NCBI RefSeq assembly: GCF_006345805.1
Contig: NC_043004.1
Span: forward strand, 86,242,001-86,306,000
Direction: 5' to 3'
From: Octopus sinensis
Taxonomy: Eukaryota
DNA: 64,000 bases
The notes under the pieces were generated by a model. That model made no database searches and was not told the origin of the DNA. It saw only the letters and a list, made by a program, of their open reading frames with translations. This document shows, in pieces, positions 51,195 through 63,565 of the stretch. Made by a program: the position numbers and the translations under genes. The stretch's first letter is position 1, and the number at the start of each line of letters is the position of its first letter.

Positions 51195-51720
51195 TTGAGA
51201 AATCTGCAGTTACTCTATCCAGATTACAAGTTCAGGTTTATACCTGTAATTATTGGGGCCCTGGGGATATGCAGCACTCTGCCTAATACCAATCTTGAGA
51301 AATTAAGCGTCTCAAAACCAGAAAGAGGAAAGCTAAATCGAAGTCTACAGATCCAATCCATCACTGGAACTGTAAAAAATCTATAAAACTTTCCAGAAGT
51401 TTATCATTTAAATATATATGAGCATATCTAGATACGCATCTGTATGCATGAGAAGACATACATAAAGCAAAACACACAAATCTGCTCACATACATACATA
51501 CATACATACATACATACATACATACATACATACATACATACATGCATACATGCATACATACATGCATGCATACATACATACATACATAAATACATACATA
51601 CATACAAAGAAAAATACCCTGTTGATGATGTTGAAATTCCAATGAAGGAACCTTGGACCTAGTTTAGAAACCGGTTCTTTATTGGCAAGAAATCGTGAAA
51701 TAAAACTGAATAATGTCATA
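51195..51720 (+). mobile_element. 5'-truncated REL-type LINE, same family as 771-1400
   Basis: LRNLQLLYPDYKFRFIPVIIGALG...NTNLEKL..SKPERGKLNRSLQIQSITGTVK resembles the Dong C-terminus IPIIVGALG...QKIALLGTAHIL. The 3' UTR contains (CATA)n. Confidence 0.75.
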
Positions 51721-52319
51721 CACACACACGCGCGCGCGCGCGCGCACACACATATAATGCGTGTGTGTATTGGTACGTTCGTTAATGCGTTGGGCTGAAT
51801 GTACCGTATTAAAATAGTAAAGGAACTTTTAAATCACCTTGTATGTATATATATATATATACATTCACGCTTATAATGCGTATGTTTGTGTGTGAGTGTA
51901 TGTGTGTATGTAAGTGTATGAGTGTGGGTGTATATGTGTTTTTGAATGTATGTATGTTATCTTTGTAAGCCAGAGAACAAGCAACCAATTCGCTCACAAA
52001 ATTTCAAAAACACACCGTCTATACTCGATAGTGTATTTTTTTTCTTCTTATTTTGTCTTTTGATGTTGTTTGTTATCCCGCAGACTTTGATATTAAACAG
52101 TAGTCGGCTCCCTTTTTACTTTTCTCGTTTACTATCGGCATCACATCGCCAACAACAACCACATCAGCAACAACAAAAAGGCCGGTGCTATCAATATGTT
52201 ATTACTAGACTCCCACCATCATCAGCTACCAATCAGCATCTCAATCAATTATCACCTTTGCTTTCATCATTGACCCACCATCAGCAACGACAACACCGTT
52301 TCTAGTTCGCCTCTTCTAC

Positions 52320-52590
52320 ACCCGATAACCAATACCACCACCACCACCACCACCAGCACCACCAACACCACCACCAACACCACCAACATCACCCCACCAC
52401 CACCACCACCACCACCACCACCATCACCACCACCACCACCACCACCACCACCACCACACCACCAACATCACCACCACCACCACCACCACCGCTATTCTCA
52501 CTACCATCAACACAGCCCCCGCCTCCGCCGCTTCCACCATCGCTGCCGCCGCTTCTACCGCCGCCGTTGCCGCCTCCGCTACCTTCAGTT
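52320..52590. repeat. (CCA)n / GCC-rich low-complexity array
   Basis: Direct reading. Confidence 0.9.
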
Positions 52591-52919
52591 TCTGGCACCA
52601 TACCTAAGATTTAGCTCTGACAAAAGGAATTACTATACAACTAGAGTTCAGTATCTTTTACTCGTTTCAGCCATTAGACTGCTGCCATGCTGGGGCACAG
52701 AGCTGGATTAACCATTATGCAAAATAAGCACGTGCTCAGAGCATCAAAGGAAGGAGGCACCACGGAAATGGTAAATAGTTTACGGCACAAAATAAATCAA
52801 TTTAAAACATGCTATAATAATATTCGAATTGGTTTATATGATCGGAAATGTAATTTCGAAGTGTTCATGACGTCACAGTGAGGACCTGATGGAAGACTTT
52901 GCACAAAATTTTCAAATAT

Positions 52920-54515
52920 CTGTTTCTTTATTGCCCACAAGGGGCTAAACATAGAGGGGACAAACAAGTACAGACAAATGGATTAAGTCGATTATATCGA
53001 CCCCAGTGCGAAACTGGTACTTTATTTATCGACCCCGAAAGGATGAAAGGCAAAGTCGACCTCGGCGGAATTTGAACTCAGAACACGACGACAGACGAAA
53101 TACCGCCAAGCATTTCGCCCGGCGCCCTAACGATTCTGCCAGCTCGCCGCCTTAATTTTCAAATATAGGCGCAGGAGTGGATGTGTGGTAAGTAGCTTGC
53201 TTACCAACCACATAGTTCCGGGATCAGTCCCACTGCGTGGCACCTTGGGCAAGTGCCTTCTACTATAGCCTCGGGCCGACCAAAGCCTTGTGAGAACAAC
53301 GATGGTGGGAGGACAGACACAGACACACAAATATGTACACACACATGCACTGAAGGAAGCCCGTCGTATACATATATACGACGGGCTTCCTTCAGTTTCC
53401 GCCTACCAAATCCACCCACAAGACTTTAGAAATAACAGTTAAATTTCCCTCAAAACTCTTTACTATCTTAGAACAGAAGGCCAATTAGAAAATGTAATGC
53501 CGGTACAACAGATTTTCTGGAAACGTTGCTTGGAAAGCCATTCCGGATTATTGATTGTGTGTGTGTATGTGTGTATCTGTATGTCTGTGTGTCTGTGTGT
53601 CTGCGCGTACCTTTGTATGTGTATGCACGCGCGTGTATAATGTACTAAAAAATAAAATAGAATATATGTAGAATATATATTCTATTTTTTTATTCTTTTA
53701 CTTGCTTCGGTCATAAGAGTGCGGCCATGCTGGGGCATTGTCTTGAAGGCTTTAATCGAACAAATCGACCATGGTATTGGTTAACACCCTCTCAATTAAC
53801 CGAATATTGGTTTGAAAATTTGACATGGAACGTAAAACGGATGAGATGCAGATAAGCATTTTGTCCGGCATGTCAACGATTCTGTCAACTCGCCGGCTTA
53901 AATTTTAAAAAAAATATTGGTTTCAAATTTTGGCACAATGCCAGTAATGTTGCGGGAGGAAGATAAATCGATTACATCGATCCCAATGTTCAACTGGTAC
54001 TTGTTTTAGCGACCCCGAAAGGATGAAAGGCAAAGTCGACCTCGGTGGAGTTTGAACTCAGAACGTAAAGATGCATAAAATGCTGCCAAGCATTTCGCTC
54101 GGCATGGTAACGATTCTGCCAGCCCGCCGCCTTTGGTTTCAAATTTTGGCACGAGGCCAGCAAATTTGGGGAGGAAGGCCATGGATGAAAGCTGAAGTCG
54201 AATTTGAACTCGGAATTTGAACTCAGAACGAAAAGACGGACGAAATGACGTGAAGCGTTCCGCCCGGCGTGCCAACACGATTCTGCCAGCTCGCCGCCTT
54301 TGGTTTCAAATTTTGGCACAAGGCCAGCAAGTTTCGGGAAAGAAGCAGGTCGATTATATCGACCCCATGCTCTTATGGTACTTTCTTTTAGCGACTCCGG
54401 AAGGATAAAAAGCAAAGTCGACATCGGCGGAATTTGAACTCACATCATAACGACGGACGAAATGCCGCTAAGCATTCTACCCAGCGTGCTAACGATTCAG
54501 CCAGCTCGTCACCTG
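52920..54515 (-). mobile_element. SINE-B copies (52920-53152; tandem run of about 4 at 53915-54515)
   Basis: Family B motifs on the minus strand. Confidence 0.8.
53167..53425. mobile_element. Rearranged SINE-A with internal inversions and a 22-bp hairpin
   Basis: Head on +, then an inverted middle segment, then hairpin 53349-53370 / 53375-53396. Confidence 0.8.
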
Positions 54516-54561
54516 AACCAGAAAAAAGATATTTACTTTAAATGAAATACAGATACTTGTA

Positions 54562-54661
54562 NNNNNNNNNNNNNNNNNNNNNNNNNNNNNNNNNNNNNNN
54601 NNNNNNNNNNNNNNNNNNNNNNNNNNNNNNNNNNNNNNNNNNNNNNNNNNNNNNNNNNNNN
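54562..54661. other. Assembly gap (100 N)
   Basis: Run of N. Confidence 1.
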
Positions 54662-55668
54662 AAAGAAGAAAGAAGAAAGAAAGGAGAGAAAGAAAAAGGG
54701 AAGAAAGAAAGGAGAAAGAGAAAAGAAAAGAAAGAGAAAGAAAAGAAGATAGTAAGAATGAAGAGAGAACGAATAGAGAAGAAATTGATGAAAATTAGAG
54801 AGAAAGATAAAAGAGCGAGCGAGAGAGAGAGAGTGAGAGAGAGAGAGAGAGAAGAGAGAGAGAGAAAGATAAAAAGAAAATGAAATAAAGAGGAATGGGC
54901 GAGGTTGGACGACGAATGTATGGGTTTAATAAAAATTGGTTAAGATTTCAAACAAGGGTGGAAAAAGGAATTTCTTGTGCTGGAGTGGCGAGACAGGTGG
55001 AAAAAGGAATTTCTTGTGCTGGAGTGGCGAGACAGGTGGATAGAAATATGAATAAAAATGCTGGCAATTAGTTTTAAGATGGCGGAACAATCTAAACAAC
55101 GAAAGAGATTCAGAAAGAGGCTTCGAATGTCGTCGTTTGTTTGCTGTGGTTGTGGTTGTTGATGTTGTTGTTGTTGTTGTTGTTGTTGTTGTGTTATTGT
55201 TGTTGTTGTTGTTGTTGATGATGAGGTGGTGGTGGTGGTGGTGGTGGTGGTGGTGGTGGTGGTGTCGGTGTTTATCTTCAGCTAGCTGTTGAAAACCCCT
55301 TTTAGATATAAATCTGGCATAGAAAGACTCGACTAATACGATAATGTATTTCTGCTATTTCTCTCATTCTCTTTTCCTGTATTTTGTTTCCCTTTCTAAC
55401 CCTCCCTCTCGCTCGCTCTCTCTCTCTTTCTTTCTCTCTCTCCTCTCTCTCCCTCTCGCTCTCCTCCTCTTTCCCGTTCTCCCCCTTTCTCTCTCTTCCT
55501 CTCCCACTCTCTCTCCCTCTCTCTCTCTCTCTTTGTTTTACTTTACGTTGTTCTTTAAATGCTTACACGGACTTTTCTTTTTCGCAAAACCCTTTGTACT
55601 TTTCGTCTTGTCTTTGTCCTTACATGTTTTTTTTTATTTATGTTAGCCTTTGTGGCCAATAAACCAGA

Positions 55669-55717
<49 letters not shown>

Positions 55718-55738
55718 GTTATTATTATTATTATTATT

Positions 55739-56167
55739 CTATGTTTGACTTTTGCTTTATACTTGTACAAGTTGGCTCCAAGTCTCACCCAGAGACCTCA
55801 AGAGACAACAGGTTGGAAGTTCACGTTGTTGTTATGCTTAGTGTGCCATATATTTGGGGGTTTTTTGTTGTACTATTGAATGTCTAATAAAAAAAATTTT
55901 TTTTAATGTTTGTTTTAAACCTTGAGATTACATAGAAAGTATTTTGCGTAGGATATGAGCAGTTCTCATGAGCACTATCTTTTGAATTTCTGCCATTTTG
56001 GGGTTACCTGGTATCTGAGTTAGGTAGCAATCAGCCCCTTTCGCTATCATTCCCAGGGCACCTATGACAACAGGTATTGTTTTAGTCTTCAGGTTCCACA
56101 TTTTGCTGATTTCTATTTCAAGATCTTTATATTTGCTCAGTTTTTGGTAGGTCTTGACAGATACGTT
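55739..56167 (-). mobile_element. 5'-truncated Dong/R4 copy (second lineage): REL C-terminus plus 3' UTR, in a TAA array
   Basis: Minus-strand translation QKLSKYKDLEIEISKMWNLKTKTIPVVIGALGMIAKG...QKIVLMRTAHILRKILSM*, stop at 55928-55930. (ATT)n lies on both sides. Confidence 0.88.
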
Positions 56168-56793
56168 TATTATTATTACTATTATTATTATTATTATATT
56201 ATTATTATTATTATTATTATTATTATCATTATCATATTATCATCATCATCATCATCATCGTCGTCGTCGTCGTCATCGTCGTCGTCGTCATCGTCGTCGT
56301 TGTCGTCATCGTCGTCGTCATCATCGTCATCATCACAACTTCACCACGTTGCTGTCGCATATTATCACCATTAGCTTACTCATTTCTCTTATTATTTCAG
56401 TGGCTGTCCAATATTTCTCCTTCGTTTACTCCAGTGATTGATGGTTATTTCTTACCCGACCACCCCGCAAAGATGCTGCAAACCTACCCGCTTAATGCCC
56501 ATCAGTTCTTCACGGGTACCACAAGGGATGAAGGGTCCAGTTTTGGTAATAGCTAATTTTTCTTGTTTTGTTTTGTTTTTTGTTGTTTTTTTTTGTTTTT
56601 TTTTTTGTTAAACCTGTTTACACTCAAAACACGCCAAAACATCAACTCATGCATACAAATACACACGCACGCACGCAAACACATACACACAATATTTTGA
56701 CCTGTGCCATCCTTAATTTTTTCTTAATATAGACCTTTTGTGGTTAATAAAGAAAATATGATTACTACTATAATAATAATTATTATTATTATT

Positions 56794-57104
56794 ACGGAGA
56801 TGTACTTGCATAGCGAGTGATTTGATCTGAGATCGTGTGCTGAAACGAAAACAATTGCAGCGTGGAAGGTGTTTGTAAGTCATTTAAGAAACACACAAAA
56901 GCCGTTCGATTCACTTCAACATTTAAGTTTAATTTGTCAAAATATTTTCGTCGCTTTAAGACCGCGACCTGTTCACTGACAAAAAATCCGTGCTGCCGGA
57001 TTTTTGTCAGTGAACAGGTCGCGGTCTTAAAGCGACGAAAATATTTTGACAAATTAAACTTAAATGTTGAAGTGAATCGAACGGCTTTTGTGTGTTTCTT
57101 AAAT
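56794..57104. repeat. TAA-embedded insertion ending in a ~108-bp-arm palindrome
   Basis: Arms 56882-56990 and 56997-57104, loop TGCTGC, with a single 1-nt homopolymer difference. (TTA)n on both sides. Confidence 0.92.
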
Positions 57105-58230
57105 TATTATTATTATCATCATAAACAAAACTAGACGTCTAGTCTGAGTATTTTCGAGTCGGCATGGGGCGGTTGGCTCCCCTGTCAGCATATACTGTTG
57201 GTGTGTCGGTACTCTTAGTCACACTTAGTGATGATGGAATTTCTCTTTTACGGTATCACATTGCGCTTAGCTGCTTGTATTAATTTTAATGGCGTGAAAC
57301 TGTGATATCTTCTGGTTGATATCTGATGAGGAATTTAGGGACCCTCTGTGTCTGTTTCCCGCCCGTTTATGCACTTAATATGCGTTTTTCCGTTCGTCTG
57401 TGCATTTATTCGTTGTCTTTTAACTTACCATTCTGTGTCCGTTTTTCGTTTGTGCATTTACTATACATTTTTTCACTTATAAAGTAACGGAACGCAGCGC
57501 ACCCTGGTCTTATAAGATCCGAAAATCGATTAATATTGTTCGTCATTTTATTTTTAGTTTGCGGAGAAATGGCTAAAATTTTCCCTCTTTATATTTATGC
57601 CAACTTATGCCATATGTTACATATATGTATATATCTATCTGGTTCTTTTACATTCTGCAATGAAATCCCACTCAAATCGACTTAATCTTTCATTCTTCAG
57701 GGAGTCCATAAAATGCACCACTAGTCAAATAATCAAACACTGGGTCAATGTAATCGACTAACCTAGTCCCTCGAAACCTTCTGGCTTTGTACCTAAATAC
57801 GAAACGATTATTTTTAAACAATGCACATAACATAGTTTCTACTGCTTTGCTTTCAGCCGCGTATTTACTTTCAGACATGGATGTCAAAGCAAGTTCCATG
57901 AAATCTCTATTGAAAATCATGAACTGTTTTTGCGGTTATTTGCCAGGCGTCAGTGGCATTGTGGGTAAGTGTATTTTAGAATATTCTTATTCTTCCACTA
58001 GAATAATAAATAAATATTTATGAGGTACAGGTGTGGTTGCGTGGTTAAGAAGTTTGCTTCCCAACCATATGGTGCCGGGTTCGGTTCTTCTGCGTAGCAC
58101 ATTGGACAAGTCTTCAGTTATAGCCCTTGGCTGACCAAAGCCTTGTGAGTGAATTTAGTTGACGGAAACTGAAAGAATCCCGTCGTATGCGTGTGTGTGT
58201 GTGTGTGTGATAAATATATATACTCTAGGG

Positions 58231-58418
58231 CAATGCTCTGCAACCGATATACCGCGGCACGCTGGTGTGTCACGACACAATGCTAGGTGTGCCGCAGTGT
58301 AACCTGAATATAATTGTTTCTTCTCTATACTTTTAATTATAATTTTAGTTCAGGTGTGCCGCCGAATTTTGAAAAGACTATAAGTGTACAGCAAGTGAAA
58401 AAACGTTGCCGAGCACTG
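58231..58418. mobile_element. hAT MITE
   Basis: TIRs CAATGCTCTGCAACC / CGTTGCCGAGCACTG; flanks CTCTAGGG / CTCTAAGC. Confidence 0.7.
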
Positions 58419-58425
58419 CTCTAAG

Positions 58426-58565
58426 CACTGGTTCTGAACCATTTTTTTTTTTTACCCATGGACGCCTTTGATTCCTGTTTCATTCAGGTGGGAGGGACCC
58501 CGTGGCCATTCGATGTTTAAAAAATCCGATTACATTTTTATAATTTAGTACCTTTAGGAATTGCA
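58426..58565. mobile_element. Truncated copy of the 22571-22830 hAT MITE, in opposite orientation
   Basis: CACTGGTTCTGAACCATTTT...CATGGAC and GGACCCCGTGGCCATTCGATGTTT match the reverse complement of 22750-22830. Confidence 0.7.
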
Positions 58566-58792
58566 TTCTCTTAGCTTTTTGTACTTGCTTCAGTCATTTG
58601 ACTGCGGCCATGCTGGAGTACCGCCTTAAAGGATTTTAGTCGAACAATCGAGAACAGGACTTATTTTTTTGCGCCTAGTACTTATTCTATCAGTCTCTTT
58701 TGCCGAACCGCTATTTTACGGGAACGTAAACATACCAGCACTGGTTGTGAAGCAGTGATGAGGGACAAACACAGACACAAAGACACACACAC

Positions 58793-58836
<44 letters not shown>

Positions 58837-59162
58837 GACAAGCTTCTTTCAGTTTTGGTCTACCAAATCCATTGACAAGGCTTTGATCGGCGCGAGACTA
58901 TAGTAGAAGACACTAGCCCAAGATGCCACGGAGATAATTTTAATAAATCAAGAAGTTATGTTGTATGATATTTGATATACCTATATTTGTCTGATGTTAA
59001 AATACAAGCAACTGGTCACTCAGAGTTATTTCTCTCAGCTAATTTCTGTTTAAATTCCATATACGTACATGCAATCCCATACATACACACAGGCGTACAT
59101 ATAGACAGACACGAGTGTGTGTGTGCTTGTATGCGTGCGTGTGTATGTTGTGTGTGTGTGTA

Positions 59163-59196
<34 letters not shown>

Positions 59197-59279
59197 TGTT
59201 GTGTCAGTGTGTGAAATCAAAGGATAGAGATGGAGTTACTACGCAGGGGGTAGCGTACTTCACCTCATTGCTCACACAC

Positions 59280-59666
59280 CCTTAAACCCAACACACGCAC
59301 ACACACACGCACACACACACACACACGTACATATATACATGCATGCATACATACATGCATAAATGCATACTTACATACATACATACATAAATACATACAT
59401 ACACACACACTCATACAAACATACATACATACACACATGCAGGCATGCATACATACATACATACATACATACATACACACACGCTCATACATACATACAC
59501 ACACACACAGCCTCTTATTCACTCAGACATACATACACACACGCTCATACATACATACATACACACACGCTCATACATACATACAATACATACATACATA
59601 CATGCATACATACATACAGACAGACAGACACACACACACAACACACACACACACACGCTCATACAT

Positions 59667-59719
<53 letters not shown>

Positions 59720-59745
59720 CACACACAGCCTCTTATTCACTCAAG
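59280..59745. repeat. (CATA)n/(CA)n compound array with an internal duplication
   Basis: CAGCCTCTTATTCACTCA occurs twice, at about 59508 and 59726. Confidence 0.9.
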
Positions 59746-60479
59746 TATGCCAGATACAAAGTGTTAGGTTCCCCGCTCAAATCGAAGTATCATGTTTTGA
59801 TGCCCAACAACCAAGCATCGCATTTCAAACGTATTATCTTACTCATTTATACATCCTCACCGAGGTCAGTCAACGTCTGTACAAAATATATATTTATGAC
59901 ACCTTCTGCAGAGTGAACTGACGGTCAGGACTTCACACTTTCATGTGACATATGATGTGATGACAATGTTGATTCCTGCGGTTAAGACAGCGCTGAAGTA
60001 CTGACAGAAAAGTCATCCGGGTTTTCGTGGCTACTGATCACCTGTCAAAATGTCAGCGCGGAGAGACTTATTTATCGGCCTTATCTACTGAATTGATACT
60101 TGTTTTTGTGTGTGTCTGTGTGTGTGTATGTGTGTGTGTGTGTTGCTTTTGTTTTGGCATTTTATAAGTCAAAGATATCCAAGGGCTTCCTTTCATTTAC
60201 TTTTCTCTTCTCTTTCTCTCTTTCTCTCTCTCTTTCTTTGTCTATCCATCTATCTATCTATCTAACTATCAATTTATCTCTTTCTTTTTCTCTCTCTTTC
60301 TTTCTCTCTCTCTCTCTCTCTCGCAGACACACATACATACACACACACACAAACACACACGTACTCTCTCTTTCTTTCATCTCCCTCTCTCTCTCTCTCC
60401 TTCTCTCTCTCTCTCCTTTTGTGTCTCTTGTGCATACACATATACAAACATACATATTTGTATATGTACAGACAGACAG

Positions 60480-60726
<247 letters not shown>

Positions 60727-61412
60727 CGAAGGGCTGGTGGTGGTGGTGGTGGTGATGGTGGTGACAAGTAATGACGTGTAAACTGGGTGACGAGGCAAGT
60801 CTATCACTTAAGTAAACCCTGGTGATATTTGAACTCACAACTCAAGAAGCAGAAACTACTACTACAAGGCATCCGATTCGACATTCTTACAGTTCTACCA
60901 ATCTATAGTATCTTTCATTGGCACTTTTTTTATTGTGGAGGCACATAGCTTAGCGGACTCGCGGTCGAGGGATCGCGGGTTCGAATCTCAGACCGGCCGA
61001 TGTGTTTGTTTATGAGCGAAACACCTAAGCTCCGGCAGAAAGTAATGGCGAACTTCTGCTGACCCTTTCACCACAACTTTCTCTCCCTCTTTCCTCCTGC
61101 ATCTTGCAGCTCACCTGTGATGGGCCGGCGTCCCGTCCAGGTGGGGGACCAATACGCCAATGAAGCGGGGAAACCGGGCCTTTTGAGCCAGGCATGGCAC
61201 GAGAAGGAACAAATAACAACTTTTTTATCAACTTAAGGACGAGAGAGGTAAAGTCAACCAGGTCGTAAAAGGAGCAAAACCAAATACCGCAAGATATTTT
61301 TCTTCAGCGGCAACTTGGGCAAGTCTTCTACTATAGCCTCGGGTCGACCAAAGCCTTGTGAGTGGATTTGGTAGACTGAAACTGAAAGAAGCCCGTCGTA
61401 TATATGTGTATA

Positions 61413-61464
<52 letters not shown>

Positions 61465-61467
<3 letters not shown>

Positions 61468-61922
61468 GATAAATCTCAGAGCGAGTTATAACAGTAGCGG
61501 CAACACATCGAATATGAATATGGCTAACCCCTAAGGGTGGATGCTACTGTAGTTTGTAGCCCCAGGAAGACACCTCCTCCAGCTGGCTACTGTTTATAAC
61601 TCGCTCTGAGATTTATCATTGTTTGATTTCACTTTTTCAATATCAGTGTCAATCGATACTGGAAAAAGTATATGTATTTGTGAGGGGAACTGACTTCTCG
61701 TCGACAACTATGATTGTCACACGCCGATGATAGGTAAATACCTTGAAACTCGAGTCCGTGTGTATCATAAGTTGAAGACGGGGAGGATGACTTCCCTTCA
61801 CAAATACTGATAGGGCACAGAAAGTGTGTCTATAGCCAGCTGGAGGAGGTGTCTTCCTGGGGCTACAAACTACAGTAGCATCCACCCTTAGGGGTTAGCC
61901 ATATTCAAATGGTAAATATACG

Positions 61923-61925
<3 letters not shown>
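61465..61925. mobile_element. Insertion with two interdigitated inverted-repeat pairs inside the (TA)n of a SINE-A copy
   Basis: 75-bp perfect IR 61515-61589 / 61833-61907; 34-bp IR 61465-61498 / 61586-61620. (TA)n on both sides; SINE-A halves at 61310-61420 and 61980-62066. Confidence 0.8.
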
Positions 61926-61991
<66 letters not shown>

Positions 61992-62846
61992 GTGTGTCTG
62001 TGTGTCTGTGTCTGTGTCTGTGTTTGTCCCCCAACATCGCTTGACAACCGATGCTGGTGTGTATATTCCTCCCTGGACGGAACACCGGTATGTCGCACGA
62101 TGATGACTCGTTTTTACCACCAAAGTGGAATGAAGTGCATTGAACAACATCGAACACACACGGCATGTGTGTTCGATTTTGTGTATATACTTCCAGCTAC
62201 CTCTAATTCATATTTGAATTTTTCTGTGGCAGGAAGCGTCGGGGCATGCCAGCAGATGGTGTTTAAACGATTTAGCATATAGTCATAGTCGGCGATATGG
62301 CTTGCAGCGGGCCTTGTTTGATATGTGGCATTGATAGGTCAAAAACGATGACGAATCATCGATGTCTGTTGCTCCAAGAAGGGACCTATGTGAGTTGTCT
62401 CGCTTGACTGCGGCTTACTTTCAGATGTTTTTTTTTTTACACCAGGCACATAGAGAATATATTCTCTTGCGCCTAAAAATCGCAGCCAACCCACGAACTA
62501 ACAACACACATACCTCGTGCATGATATATATATATATATATAATTTAGGATATCTAAGAGATACCACCACGCTGGAAATAGCAGCCACAACTTGACTCTA
62601 AAACCACAATAAAAGTTCATACAGCACCAGGAGAGAAGGCAAAACGACAAAATAAACTAGCAAAAAAATTACTGGATAATTCCAGATCCCGGATTTCTGA
62701 CTTTGCATAAGAAATGCTTTGCGTGGTGGTATCTTTTAGATACCCTAAATTATAATTTTAATAATTATCATTGAAGGTTTTTTATTTCCATGCTGGCCAC
62801 TTGATAAGTTCGATATTTAAATAACGATCTTATCCTTATATATATA

Positions 62847-63239
62847 CTAGCAGTATCGCCCGGCGTTGCTCGGGTTGTAAGGGAAATAACTATATAAGCA
62901 TTTTTAGAGAGTTATAGCCAAAAAATAGCAAAAAAATGCATTAAAAATTGAAAAAAAATTAAGGTAAATTTTTTTTAAATCGTTGACACATCGTAGATAT
63001 TTTTAGAGAGTTACTTCCCTTATATAAAAGCGAAAAAATGCATTAAAATGGAAAAATATGATGGTAAATTTTTTTTAAATCGTAGACTCATCGTAGACGC
63101 GCGCTAATACCCAGAAGGGCTCGATATGAATCACGACTATAAGATACCCGCTTTTGGTTAAACTGCACCGCAAAATGTGGGAGTAATTACGAATGTAAAT
63201 CGAAGGGGACAGACACACAACTTCACTCTTATATAAAGA
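62847..63239 (-). mobile_element. Non-autonomous Helitron-type element, same 3' end as 31130-31500
   Basis: CTAGCAGTATCGCCCGGCGTTGCTCGGG on the plus strand is identical to 31130-31157; 5' end A|TC at 63239-63240. Confidence 0.8.
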
Positions 63240-63565
63240 TGCTTTTTTTTTTCAGTCATAGAGTTAGATTTATGAAGGTCTTCAGTAGAAAATCCTTCGA
63301 ATTCTGACTCGCTGCTTGATATAATGAAATTCGTATCCATTTTTTGTCAGAATTACAAATTTTGAAAACACAATAGGAACAAATTTCGGAAAAAAATCTC
63401 CCATAATTCACGGAATTAAAATTACACTTCGATTTTTGTACAAAACTGTATTTGAAGTGTTTACGAAGTATAATACGTGTTTTCACGAATGTACTAAAGA
63501 GATTTACTCTGATATTCTCATTTAAATATGAATAGGTAAATTCGGGCGGTTTGGTAACGAAAGGG
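63240..63565 (-). mobile_element. piggyBac-like element end, abutting the Helitron at 62847-63239
   Basis: Minus strand begins TAAA|CCCTTTCGTTACC. The short acidic peptide MDTNFIISSSESEFEGFSTEDL resembles DNA-transposase N-termini. Confidence 0.45.

Larger units (their letters stand above)
58025..58930. mobile_element. Two partial SINE-A copies (58025-58190 +; 58575-58930 -) flanking the hAT MITEs
   Basis: Family A head and body motifs. Confidence 0.75.

Noticed and set aside
52389-52601. Gly/Val-rich ORF as a structural protein exon
   Set aside because: It coincides with a (CCA)n/GCC array and has no convincing splice context.
54957-55040. 39-bp exact tandem duplication
   Set aside because: Real in the sequence but only two copies, close to an assembly gap in low-complexity DNA; no further structure.
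56997-57052. Hammerhead-like fold GTCGC/GCGAC followed by GAAA in the palindrome arm
   Set aside because: No CUGANGA core precedes the stem.
57290-57360. GAAAC upstream of CTGATGAGG as a hammerhead
   Set aside because: I could not form stem III with a valid NUH, nor find a downstream GAAA closing stem II.
59890-59925. Possible minus-strand mini-exon flanked by TTTTGTACAG and GTAAGA near 59835-59880
   Set aside because: Stops occur in all three frames and there is no supporting neighbour exon.
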